Below, piece after piece: positions 38,081-51,545 of a DNA stretch of 64,000 nt. The position numbers and the translations under genes are program-made. The first letter of the stretch is position 1. The number at the start of each line of letters is the position of its first letter. Location of the stretch: contig OZ024747.1 of assembly GCA_964016885.1 (NCBI GenBank), forward strand, positions 87,792,001 to 87,856,000, read 5' to 3'. The notes under the pieces were generated by a model that had not been told where the DNA came from, searched no databases, and saw only the letters and a list, made by a program, of their open reading frames with translations. The stretch comes from Eledone cirrhosa (taxonomy: Eukaryota).

Positions 38081-38799
38081 ACACAAACGCATATTCGTGT
38101 GTGTGTGTATGTATGTCTATATATATAGGTGTGTGCGTGAAAAAAAAAGACTGGAGTCTGTTAATTATATATTTTAATTTATGCATGTTTCTTCCACATC
38201 TTAAGCAGACATACAATCAATTGTTACTAAATTAATTATATGGACCAAAAATTGGATTCATCAGAATTAATAAAAATACCCCTTGATTCATGGTGATTAC
38301 AGCATTACCACAACGGCTAATGTTTATATTCGAATAGATAGGTGTCGTGACAAAAAGCACCCAGCACACACTGTGAAGTGGTCATGTAGGTGTCACGACA
38401 GAAAGCACCCAGTCAACACTGTAAATGAGGTTGGTGTTGGGAAGAACATCCAGCTGTAGAAACCAAGCCAGAATCAGTTCTGTATGAGCAAGACATGGTC
38501 ACTTGACTTGGCATTGCACACAACAGGACAACTCGTCTGACCCATGCTAGTATGGAAAAATGGATGTTAAGCGGTGATAATGATATACTACCTCAATTTT
38601 GAAAAAAGGCACTTAAACGAACAAAATTTACAACTTTGAGTTATATACTCAAGCAAAATAAATATTTTCTTTCAAAACACACACACACACCATTAACATC
38701 TATCTTCCATGCTAGCATGGGTTAGGTGGGTTTGTCCCATTTAGAGGCAAGTTGGATTGGGTGAGCGTGTGTCGCTCATATAGGAGAGTTCCTGGCTGG

Positions 38800-38841
<42 letters not shown>

Positions 38842-39228
38842 GTTTACAAAAATCGTTGATATTAATTCGACAACCGGCCATGACTCAACCACTCAATAAA
38901 TTTATGATTGCACTTGTGAAACTGCATCCTGTTGTTTATAGTGCACACATTTTAGTTAATAACAAATGCAGCAAATATGTTGTGCATCTATCTCCTGGAC
39001 GGAATCCATTTCTGTGCAATATACTTCACAACTACAGATACTAATCCTGCAGTGTTCAGAATATTTTATATTATCAGCAGATATTACTCAATCAGGCTAT
39101 TTCACTTGCTCAGCAGGTACCCAAGTTAATATATTGGTCTTTGTGGCAAGGCGTGCTGCTCTGATAATGAATCTAGCAGTTATATGCCTAAATAGAACTC
39201 AACCAGCATGTTGCGTACATATGTATAT

Positions 39229-39259
<31 letters not shown>

Positions 39260-41765
39260 CAAACCTGTAAAGGCTGGCTAATAATACAGTCGAACATCCA
39301 ATACTCAATATTTAAACAATATAAATATGGAAAGCTCTCTTATATTAAGAGATAGATATTAATAATGGCATACAATAATTTTTATGCAGGAGTTCTGAGA
39401 CATGAAAACTATTTCAAGGGTCCACAAGGGTGAAGAGGTTGAGAAACACTGCACTAGGGTGTTCCCCTCTTGTTTTGGAGGAGAGGGTAAATATTTAGAA
39501 TAAAAAAAATATGTATACATATATATATGCGTATGTGCACACACACACACATATATATATATATACATTTATATACATACATCTATATGCATATTCATAC
39601 ACCAATATAAGAAAAAAAAACATATATAAAAATATGCACACAATATAGTTATATACATACACGCACACACCTATACATATAAATATATAGATAAATGCAA
39701 ACATATACATACACAGAAAAACCTACATTTATGCACACATTCTTATATGGATGAGGAAATTGTATACAAAAAATATACAGGTACATTTATATATGTATAT
39801 ACTACAATAATATACTATCAATACATAACCATAGAGACTACACCTATATTACAACTATTATGTATACACAAACATATAAGCGTGTACATATGAGGACCAA
39901 TTTCTCATGATGGGTTAGTTAAGTTAGTAAGGTTCTTAATATATAATACTCCAGTAAGACTAGAAAGACGTATTTAGAAAATATATGAAGATATTAGCGT
40001 ATCTCTATAGATAGACATACATGAATTTATAAGAAATTATTGAATTCTGATTAACATATCTTAAATTAAGTACTTGTTACTAAGTATATTATGTATATAC
40101 TTACATATATATATAGAAACCACTTAATACATGTATATAAACACTAGAAGATAATGAAAATAGACATAAAACAAAAGTTTAGCTATCTCAAGTTAACATA
40201 TTACACTAATCAGGCTCTTTAATTTTATAATAAAAGGAGTGAAAGATTCTTTTTTGACAGCATGGAATTACATCATTCTTTGCATTTAGATCAAATTTAG
40301 AAGTATCTTGCATGCTTCTATTAAGCAAATATTACAACCAGTTCCATTACCTCCATATGGTTTGGCTGTATTTATAATCACCCAGTTAGTATGGTATTTA
40401 ATGTTATTTTTAGGGTCCAAATTAGTTTAGCTAATGAAGTAATATTTCTCAGTTTCTTATTTTTAAATGAATGTATATGGATGTAAAGCCCAGTTTTAAA
40501 TGTATTAGCTGTAGCCCCAATATAGTTAAATTTCTTATCGTTATCACTTTTTCTCAATTATTTTCCATTCTTTCCTCTTCTCATTCTTTCTATTTCAATT
40601 ATTTCTTTTTCTAACTTATGAAGGACTTGTGTATGAAACATAAAGGTTCTTTCTCTACTATAACAATCATTAAACTAATATATTTCTTCATTGTACAGTG
40701 TTGTTTGCTTCGTTGTGTTCATTTACTTTTTGTACACATACGTAGTATTTTTACGCAATTCAATATAACATTTTCAGTAAATGTCTGATTTTGACGGCAG
40801 TTAGTAAAATTGACCTGTTTAACTTATAAGAAAAGATGTCTGGGGAAAAATCATCTTTCTAGCTTTTGCTCTACTTCTCACCCCTCAAACAAAATATTTT
40901 GTTTACTTAATATGTTCATGTGGGAACACCATAAGGATTTTATGAAATTTGTGCCTGATAGTATTTTGATTGGTAGTTTACCATCTGCTTTTTAAGGATT
41001 GGCTTCTAGTTGCCCAGTTGTATGTAGGTCACTATGCCCCAATGTGTTTATATTAAACCATTGTCTAATGTTTAACACCTTTTCTTTTATAACAGTCAAA
41101 TGACTTATACTCAGCCACTAAATAATCAATTATTAAAGCTTTATTTTGGTTACTTTCTAAATCCTCTTATTGCTGATTGTTTGTTTTCGACAACAGAAAA
41201 ATCCAGTCTGTTTTAATTATTTTATCATATTCAAACCTTCAGTAATAAAAGCGTACCTGTAATTATGTTCAAATAATTATTGGATTTTCTGTTTGATTAC
41301 TCCACCCAAATAATGACTCAATTATGTTGATATAGCTGTTTCAACATGTGTAATGTTTGTCATGACATTAGTTCTTTGTATAAGATGTTTTGTAATTGTC
41401 ATAAAAGCTATAATCTATTGAATTTATTTTGCATAGTTATTAGTGGTGGTTGTCATGTTTGCTGGATTTGTTAAATTGAAATAACCTTAAATATGGCCAC
41501 CAGGTGTCGTGTATGGGGGAGAATGTTGTACTGGTATGGACATGTAATGCATATAAATGATTGTTTGGTGAAGAAGTATCAAGAATTCCAAGTGGAAAGA
41601 AAATGTGGGCAGAGGTGATGAAAGCCTCACAAAGGAAGCAAAGAGGCTGAAGAGATGCTGTCCTCTCCAGTGCATGTCAAACCCATGTGAGCATAGAGAA
41701 ACAGACATTATCTTTGCCATTTACAGGAATCTAATAAATAATTTACCTTTCCGTTATTGTTAAAT

Positions 41766-42175
41766 AATTGTTTCTACTTTTGGCACAAGGCCAGCAATTA
41801 TCCCAGTACATTACTGGTACTTTATTTTATCGACCCCGTAAGGATGAAAGGCAAAGTTAACCTCGGTGGGATTTGAACTCAGAATGGCAACGGGCGTAAC
41901 TCTATGCGTCAAAGCATGGCGTCCGACCCTCTACCGATACTGCCAATTCACCGCCATTGTTAAATAATTATTTCTGATTTAGGCACAAGGCCAACAATTT
42001 TGGTGAAGGGGAAGATTGATTAAATCAACCCTAAGTATATTACTGGTATTTTATTTTATCAACCCTGTAAGGACAAAAGGCAAAGCTAACCTCTGCAGGA
42101 TTTAAACACAGAACGTAAAGGGACATAACTCGGTGCTGCAAAACATGGTCTCTGACGCTCCACCAATACTGACAA
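41766..42175 (-). mobile_element. Two tandem SINEs (young short copy plus older long copy)
   Basis: Reverse complements of the 8311 family at 41766-41956 and 41970-42175. Confidence 0.85.
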
Positions 42176-42784
42176 CCTAGGATTGTTAGATAAAATTTAA
42201 TTTATCACGCAGTTACCATAAACATTTGTAAGCTATTAATTGTGGATTAAATATTGTTGTGCAGTATTTAGTTAGGTTCTTTTGTTTTGTGATAAAATCC
42301 TATTAATCAACTTTGTCTTTCAATCCTTTAGGATTGATATAATCAACTACACTACTGCTCCAGATTTGTGGTCTTGTCTAAGAATTCATTATTTTGGAGG
42401 TTCTGAACTAAACATTTTATATTTAACACAACCCTTTGTTTTGAGCCCATTGGGGTCAACTTTGAATTAATGAAATGGATATATACTAGGATTTATGGTT
42501 TTATGCTAATGTGAAGTCCTTTTATTACTGAATCTGAATGGCAGCAGTTTTCAAAAGTAAATTTCTGAAACTACTTACTAAATAAAATTTTGTGTTTTGA
42601 TAACCTTTAGGAAAAGCCTGCTCGCTCTCAATACTAAGATTTGCTGATTATTCAATTGTCTGATATAGCTCTTATCTACGACTTAATTTTATTCTGATAT
42701 TAAACTTCAAAGGAACTTATGTTGACTAAAACATCAGTTCATAAATGGTATATTCTTTTTTGGGGTGGGTATGGTCTATGGTAG

Positions 42785-43900
42785 AACTAGAGAAGAAATT
42801 CCAAACTTGGAAGCAGGGACGAGAAAGAAAGGGTCTCAAAGTCAACGACAAAGACTAGGGTCCTTGTAAGTAGACTAGAAAACAGAACCCAGATCCCCTC
42901 AGGGAAATGGCCTTGCTCAGTATGTAGGAAAGGTGTAGGTAGGAACTCCATTCTCTGCCCCAAATGCAAACAATGGGTACACAAGAGATGTAGCGGGATC
43001 TCGGGAAGCTTAATTAAGAATGTAGGCTTCACATGTTTCCTGTAGCTGTTTGCTGCCCCAGCACAGCTGCTACAAGTACCACCAATCTCTGGGAGGGCTC
43101 TGTAGAAACAGTAGACAGCTTCTACTACCTAGGTGACCGAATTAGCAGCGGAGGTGGGTGTTCAGAAAGTACAATAACTAGGGTAAGAACAGGATGGAAG
43201 AAGTTCAGGGAACTACTGCCACTGCTAGCTGCAAAAGGCTTATCCTTCAAAATGAAAGGCAGACTGTATGATGCATGTATCCAAACAGCAATGTTACATG
43301 GTAGTGAGACCTGGGCGCTGAAGGTGGAAGACTTAGGTAGATTAGAAAGAAACGAAGCCTGCATGCTCCGATGGATGTGTAATAGTAATATACGCGAACG
43401 GCAAAGCATAAATGAATTGAGACTGAGCATAAGAGGAATCAAATGCTGTGTGCAGGAGAGGCGGTTGCGTTGGTATGGACATGTGATGCGTATGAAGGAT
43501 GACAGCTGCATAAAAAGGTGCAGAGCCCTAGAAGACTATGGAAACAACGGAGTGGGAAGACCTGGGATGAGGTGATAAAAGCCGACCTTACCCAATTACA
43601 CCTCTCAAAGGCGATGACACACGACCGTGACCTCTGGCATCACGCAGTAATACAGAGTACCTGACCTCCCATGGGTACAAGCTGAAGCATATAGACAATA
43701 TGCCCCCACACCCTCCCACTGCAAAGTGGTCGTGGAGATGCCACAGCCAAAAAGCCCACACTGTAAATGAGGTTGGTGTTAGGAAAGGCATCCAGCTGTA
43801 TGAGCAAGGCATGGTCAGCCGACCAGACACTGCCCACAACAGGACAACCCGTCTAACCCATGCTAGCATGGAAGAACGGACGTAAAACAGTGATGATGAT
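42785..43900 (+). mobile_element. 5'-truncated RTE LINE with 3' UTR and (GAT)n tail
   Basis: VETVDSFYYLGDRISSGGGC...GWKKFRELLPLL...MLHGSETW...RRLRWYGHVMR; upstream C..C zinc-binding segment. Confidence 0.9.
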
Positions 43901-44591
43901 GGTCTATGAAAAATGTTAAATTTATCTTTGTGAATTATTCCTGATATAAGATGTTGTTTGTCATATTAGTTTCTGTGAACTAAGGTAGGTTACTTTAGCA
44001 TTTTTATATGGGTTCAGCTTTCATACATAACTTTTCCTGAAAGTTAAATGTTTTAAATCCACTTACTACTCCTACTCCTCATATTACGAAACCACAAGAA
44101 AATAATACAGTTAGTACCACCCACATCAGGTTATTGGTTAGAGGAGGCAAAGAAGTTGAGAAATTGCATTTTTCATCCTTTTCTTCTTAAAATTCCATCA
44201 ACCATGTTTGGATTGCTTTGAACTATGAAGGAATATTTAAAGGCCTATATTTGCTCTCTATATCTTTTTCTCTTAGTAAGACTTGGCAGCTTGGAAAAAT
44301 GAAATTTGAAACCATTTCCTATTTTTTTTTTCTCTCTCCAGCAGCGATGTTTAGTTTCCCTGTTAAGTAGTTACTAACACAGCTATTAAGGGATAGCAAT
44401 AAGTCTGATTATTAGTAGGGCAATTTTAGGCTTAAAAGTCTATGAAAGTTTTAAATTGCCTAGAAATGGCAGAAAAAACTTATATTGATAAAAAATAGCA
44501 AATTAAAATTTTTTTTATGTCTTGAAAGTCTAAAATTTATTTATTATAAAGTTCAAATAGTAAAAAAAAATTTTAATATATATATAGTGTA

Positions 44592-44630
<39 letters not shown>

Positions 44631-44919
44631 TTGGAAATAGCATGGAAAATATATTTAAGGGTCTGTTTTTCTTTTCCTTTCTTTGATTCGTCAAAGTGAG
44701 AGGGACGATTCTTTTAAAAAAGAGTTTTATAATGTATATAAAATATTACTGGTTTTAGTAAAATTCATCTCCTCAAATGTTGAGTATTACAATTAAAAAG
44801 AATTAATAAGAATTAAAAACTAAAAATTAAAGATTTAAAATTAAGTGTTAAGGCAAGTCTTTTTCATCTTCCTTGTTGAGAAGGAGACTATATATATCAC
44901 TAGAAAGGCCATTTTTAAA

Positions 44920-45240
44920 GATATCAGATGTCTCCCTGAGCTAGTAGTCACTCGATGGGGCAGTTGAATCAAAGCAGCTGAATATTATGTCAAGAATTTA
45001 CACTGCATTAATGGAATCTATGAATTCTTGTGCAAAAAGCTAAACGTTGTGTCAACTTGCCAACAATAGAAGCGAATTTGACACAGGATACTGCAATGCG
45101 ATTTGCCGTTGAAGGATTTAATTTTTTTTTTTTTTAAATCGGAGAGTTCTCAATATTCAATTGAGGAAGCATTTAAGTCTCGTTGATTTGAATTTTACCC
45201 CAAATCCATGCCAAACAAAAAAGTGTTTGAGCACTAGATT
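44920..45240 (+). pseudogene. hAT-superfamily (DUF659-like) transposase remnant
   Basis: DIRCLPELVVTRWGS*IKAAEYYVKNL (PEPxxTRWGxW motif), continuing the protein seen at 37240. Confidence 0.6.
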
Positions 45241-46099
45241 GTTTCTTTTCTTGAATATTTTGGATAAATTTACAAGTATTTCTGTATTTATAGTTAAGAC
45301 CACTTTGTTATAAAGTTAGTTATAAGCAATAGTCTGTAGTGGAGCAAGCTTTTTATTCACAACTATCCAGAGACAATGGGTTAAGATGGTATGACTAAAA
45401 ATAGGTAATCCTGGCACTGGGCAATAGTTTGCAGGGGGGAAATACTATGACTGTATTAACTGTTCATGTCATTTAATCTATATTTCCTTAACTCTTTGTG
45501 ATATTTTTCTTTTTCTGGGATTATGCACATATAAAGGCTGTTTTCCTTCCAAATATTTAACTGAAATTCAATTCAGGTACTCTCTTGTATTGGAATTTGA
45601 GTCAGAGCAGTAAAATTGGGGTTTGCTGCCATGTAATTCATGTGACATTATCAGTTTTTCAGTATTCATGGTTTCAGATCTATAAAAGAATATAATTTTT
45701 CCAGAAAAGTAATCACATCTTTAACCCTGGATTCCCAATTCTGGTTGACTTTATCTGCAGTGGATAAATTTTGCCTAGCAAATAAATTTGTTTCTGAATT
45801 TGTGCATATAATTAAAAACAATCTGTGAAGTTGAGAAGAACATTTAAAATAAGCCTATATTGTTTATCTTTTTATTTCATTTTGGACTTCATAATCTGGA
45901 TGTATCTCATTGATATGTTTACATTAGCTGATTGTATTTAGTCCTAGTATTTGTTATTTGTTCATGATCTCTCTCATTGTTCACATTAATTATCTAGTAC
46001 TAGTAGTAATTGGTCATGATTTCATCATCTCTCTCATTAACTGACTGTATTTAGTCCTAGTACTGTAACTGTTCATCATTAGTTGCAAATTTTGTACCA

Positions 46100-46277
46100 T
46101 TTGGCAGTATCGGTAGAGTCGGACGCCATGCTTTCCAGCATAGTTACGTTCCTTTACGATCTGAGTTCAAATCCCACTGAGGTTAACTTTGCCTTTCATC
46201 CTTACGGAGTCGATAAAATAAAGTACCAGTAATGTACTGGGTAATTGCTAGCCTTGTGCCAAAAGTAGAAACAATTA
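46100..46277 (+). mobile_element. tRNA-derived SINE (short subfamily)
   Basis: Near-identical to the 8311 copy. Confidence 0.85.
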
Positions 46278-46641
46278 TTTGAACTTAAAATAATGTTAAT
46301 AATATTTTAACATTTTCCCTTTGTCTGTTACTGTATTATGGTACTGAACAAAATAATAGAGGTAAATTTACTTTCAAAAAGTTGTCATAAGGTAAATGAA
46401 ACAAAAGTTAGGAACCATTATCTTAGAACATGCAATTAGGAGCTTCAAGTCTAACATCATTTTTGATAATCTTTGTAAACTATGGCCAATAAATTCATTT
46501 AGGTTTATTTAAACACTGCTGTTCTTGAAAACTTGTAAGAACTGCAATATATATGACATTATATAATATATACTGTGGGAACAATCAGCTTGTGAGATAC
46601 TGTAGAACAGTTTTATCTCAGACTTGAAATGTGATAACTTA

Positions 46642-46910
46642 TGAGGGTTGGTTGAAAAATTCATAGGCTGACCAAGATAATCTCATGGAATGTGACCGAA
46701 TGAGGTTTATTTTTCAACATAGTCTCCCTTGCAGTCCACACACTTCTACCAACGGCGTTGCAATGCTAGGATCCCTTTTGTGAAGAAGCTTCCATCCTGC
46801 TGGTCAAAAAGTCAACAGCAGGTATGACATCATCACTACAATACTGGTTCCCAACTGTTTTTTCATGTTGGGGCACTGATGATAATCAGATGGGGCCAAA
46901 TCAGGAGATT
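46642..46910. mobile_element. mariner end fragment
   Basis: TA-TGAGGGTTGGTTGAAAA TIR-like start followed by TTTTCAACATAGTCTCCCTTGCAGTCCACACACTT, typical of a mariner 3' end in reverse. Confidence 0.6.
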
Positions 46911-49900
46911 ATTTAACTATGATATCCATGAAACTTTTCCAAATATAGTTCACCTTTAGTTAGTCAATTTTGCTATGTACAAATTTATGAATATTTGCTA
47001 GTCACCCAGCATATTTCGAACTATGCTGTATCAATTTGGCAAGTTAATCGAGAATTTATTCAAGCTGGCATTACAATATCTGTAGTTTAAGAATGTCTGG
47101 TTGAGTTCTTTTTATTTATATATTTCTTTGGAAACTGACTAGATTAATTTGAACTAGCTGTTATGGCATTTGTTTGTTATAAATGTCAAATAAATTATGT
47201 TTAAAGGAACAGTTATATAGAAAGTCCTTCTTTGAGTGTCAGTTTTTATGTTACAATATCCCCAAAAGAATTTAAAATCTCTAGTGCACATTTTTTTCTG
47301 TGGAGTTAGGTTTACTTTCTTTCTATGACTGCAACAAATATTGTAGACTTTTCTTTCTATCTTTCCATCCATCTTTCATTCCAATGTAGGGCGAGTGAAT
47401 TACAAGAGCTATGACTCACTTGTTTGTTCTCCTACCCCTGCTATGTATGAGTCTGGCTAGTCATCAGTGCCCTTCCTATCCAGCTAAAATGTAATGTCTA
47501 CTTCCATAATCTTTACTAATAGCTTGCTAATTTAGCTAAACTCTAAACTGATAGCAAGTTGGGTGGGTTCATTATTTTAAGTTTTGCTCTCAATGATTTT
47601 TCCCTATTTCCTCAATATAATATGAGAATGCTATTTGTAGCATTCTAAAAGTGAGAGTATTTGACCTATAATTTTTTTTTTGCTTTTTTTTTGTTATACT
47701 GAACTAACTTCTATACTTACCACCACTTCTATTTCTTTAATGACTTTATTGACTAGTTTGACTTCAGTAGCCCATTCATAAACTAGTATAGCCTAACATT
47801 AAAGAAAAGTATTTTCTAATTAAACTAGATATATTTGGAAGGTGTGTATTGACTTTTTTTTATATGAATAGCATTTATCACAGCCTGTTTATACAGACAG
47901 TTTTTATGTCAAGGGCACTCATTCTACAATTAATGCTCTATTTATTATATTAACATGAACAAGCAAACTACTCATTTCGGCAGGTTTTATGGTTGCTACG
48001 TTAATTGTTCTTTGACTTATCATCATCAATAAATGAATTATTCAACTGTATTCAGTTTAGTCTAGATTCCATATTTGAATTTGTAGATATTGTTCATTGG
48101 TTTCTGAAGCATTGTTGAAGGGAACTATGTCACTTTTCTTTATCACATTTGAGACTCCAGTATGTCTGACAGAATTAACGCAAGCTTTTTCTCGTTTCTG
48201 TATTGCACTGAATTAGCTGACATTAGCTCTTTAGCATTTACATTACTCTATATATATTATATTTTCATGGTAAAAGCTTTACCTCACACAATTATCTCGC
48301 ATAATATTGAATCTATGGCATTTTGATATTTATTTTGAGAACAATACCTTAACATAAGGATGAGCGGTTAGTTATGGCCAGTTTAAATGCTAATGGGTTA
48401 ATGCCTCATTTGTTATGACACTGAGTTCAAATCCTGCCAAGTACCAATCCAAGGGTGATGGATTAACAAAATTATTAAAGAATTGGATATGGATAGACCA
48501 ATGGAGTTGGTTTGGTCTAAGCAGATATAATCAGTAGCAACCATCAAGGACTACATTGTCTGTGGTCTTCCTTTTTCAAGACATTAGAGAGAGTTGGTTA
48601 CTATTTCTAGCAAATTGTTATTATATTTACATTATTAAACAAAAATGAGAAGCCTAAGCAATTTCTATTACTTCTGAAAGTAAGGATTTCATTCTGAAAA
48701 TGCTTAATCTTATCATTTTAGGATTAGATGGTTGTCACAAATAATAGAATGCACTTTGATTAGTATCAGTATATCGTGATTAACTGTTAATGTTATACAT
48801 GAGCATGCACACAAAGCATATTGATATTGTTGGGATGTTTCAGATTATCATACATGATTAATTTCTCGCCAGAATTATCATACACAATTCTGAATTGTTG
48901 AAACGTACATGCAGATACATATGAAATACAAAGATATTTACAACTTATGTAAAGTAAGATGTATTTCTTAGAAACACTGACATAGGGACGGGACATTTGA
49001 TTTATCAGTGGTTACATAATATTGACATTTTCTTGAGCCTTGGCAGTGACATTAACCTTTTCGTGTCTAGGAATTTGGAGTGATTTAGTAATATAATTCT
49101 GTCATTATCAAGTTGGTGTATGAAGCACAAAAAGGGATTTTAGATAAATATAAACACTTTAAAACAAGCAGTCTCAAGATTAGGGCCAGTTTCATGCAGA
49201 TTGGTGTTAAAAGGCTTGATATTATTGTGATAAATAATGATTGTAATTTAAAGAGGAAAATATATATATCAAGTGTAAATATGCAATCAAATCTCAAAGA
49301 GTAGACAGACATATAGGTTATAATTGCTTGATGTGAGTTTGTTTTATGTGACTATTGACATAAGGTTTTTTTCCATTCTGCCGAAGGTGTAAAGTCCTAC
49401 AGATTTGCCGTTTGTGCAAATGGACAGGTTCATTTCACGATACATTAAAGAGAATTGTGATTAAACTGTTGTTAATGAAAGTTGGTTAATTTACTTCAAA
49501 TACTTTTGAAAACATATATATAAAAATCAGTATCCTCAATTTAATATTTTGTGGGGTCCAATATTTATATGGGGAATCAGTACATGTTGATAGAATAATA
49601 TCTTAGTACTTGGTTGAAGTACTAATAAAATATCAAGATTACTTATAAAAGTAATAAAGCAGCTCAAATTAAAAAGTTGCTTGATCTGAAAATACCAGAA
49701 TTATTGCTTATTGCATTTTCCTTTTAATGTATGTTTGAATTGGATGTATATACTTGTATCTCTCAGCATTCAGCTACATTTACAACGTTGTGAAATATAT
49801 TTTGAGTTAAAAGATTCTATGTAACGTACTATTCACTTCTGTCCGAATCAAACTCTTGTTCGGTACATTTTCCTGCTTGGGTTCTTATTAACAATTCTCC

Positions 49901-49964
49901 TGTTTACAGCATTACCAATTAAATTGACAATCACTTGATTTCTAATGTCATAGAGAGTAAACTC

Positions 49965-50200
49965 TCCAAATATCTGTCTGTCAGACAGGTTTGCAGTCGA
50001 GCCTGTAGCAGTGGAGACTTCTGGTCTCCTTGGCACTAGGGCCACTTCCCTACTCATCACCATGGCCACTTCCCTACTCATCACCATCGGCACAGTTGGC
50101 TACCCTCAGATGTGAGCCTTGCAAGCTGGAATGGCTCTTCCAGTGCATCTCCATCCTATGGGAAAACGCCTTCTCTGTTCTGTTCACTGGGGCCAGCACA
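49965..50200 (+). mobile_element. CRE-clade retrotransposon 3' fragment with an internal 24-bp tandem duplication
   Basis: FAVEPVAVETSGLLG...CEPCKLEWLFQCISI; GGCCACTTCCCTACTCATCACCAT x2 at 50040-50087. Confidence 0.65.
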
Positions 50201-50586
50201 TGGGGCCCTATTTGCTCATAATAGTGAGAGATGGGGAGAATGGGAGTTTGTTTCCTTTGTATTCGGACCTGGTGTATATGTATGTTTCATGGACACGCAT
50301 TGTTACTCTGCAAATTGTGTTTCATCCCTCTACTGAATCATGTGCTTCATCTTTTTCTAGGAATTTAACTGTTATAATTTATCTCTTTGGTTTTTATTAA
50401 ATTTTAAACACCATTGATCTATTAATCACATAGGTAATTGTAATAAGCCCTCTCGTTACCAACCTTGCCAAAACTGACTCTGGTTCTATGAAATATTATA
50501 GGTTTCCAAATTAAATTAAAATCTTCCAGCATAGTTTTATATAAGAACCTTACATTAAGTTACTATCCTAGTAATGAAATAATTAA

Positions 50587-50770
50587 TTGTTTCTACTTTT
50601 GGCACAAGGCCAGCAATTATCCCAGTGTATTACTGGTACTTTATTTTATCGACCCCATAAGGATGAAAGGCAAAGTTAACCTCGGCGGGATTTAAACTCA
50701 GACCATAAAGGGCCGTAACTCTTTGCTGCAAAGCAGGTGTCCAACCCTCTACCGATACTGCTAATCCACA
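50587..50770 (-). mobile_element. tRNA-derived SINE (short subfamily)
   Basis: Reverse complement of the 8311 family. Confidence 0.85.
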
Positions 50771-51359
50771 ATTAATGATATTTATAAATCCTTCATTAAT
50801 TAATTGAAATAGTGTATTTCAAAAGAAATGTAGTCATGAAAGGGTTAATCCATTTTACAACTCGTACTACATGAGTCTCTGTGTATATTATACAACAAAC
50901 TTTCATGCCTCTCTCAACCACCGAACATGTATCTTAGAAGTATACTCTCTAGTATCCTAATGTTTTAACGCACTGATTAACTCTTCTGAAAATGGTTTAT
51001 GAAGATAACAAAAAGCTCAGCTTATCCCTTTTTGACACATGGTATCATGTCTTTTTGTCCAAGCAATCTTACAAGTTGCTAGAAAGTATGTGACTTAATA
51101 TATAATAATTGGTTAAAGATATTTTTAGCTCTGCATTAACACTAAATATCTGTATTTGTGCAACCAGACTTTGTAAATATATGCATAGTTAGTGGCTGGT
51201 TAGATAATAGCATGCTTTGGCTGTCAAATTGATTGCTAAGTGCTGATACAATAGATTTATAGAATCTAAAACAATATTTATAACATTCTTTTAATATTTT
51301 ATTTATTTTACGTGTTGCATTTGTACCTGTGTGTGTCTTTCATTAGACTCTTGTGATCA

Positions 51360-51545
51360 ATATAGGGGAGAGTCGGACATGCTTTATGGCATAGTTACGG
51401 CCCTTTGATATGAGTTCAAATCCTGCCATGGTTAGCTTTGCCTTTCATCCTTACAGGGTCGATAAAGTAACAGTAATGCACTGGGGTCGATTTAGTCGAC
51501 TTCCTCCCCCTCAAATTGTTGGCCTTGTGCCTAAATCAGAAACTA
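51360..51545 (+). mobile_element. tRNA-derived SINE (long subfamily)
   Basis: Same family, retaining the GGGGTCGATTTAGTCGACTTCCTCCCCC segment. Confidence 0.8.

Noticed and set aside
43033-43575. 180-aa ORF as a host gene
   Set aside because: It is the C-terminus of a 5'-truncated RTE ORF with degraded paralogues in the window
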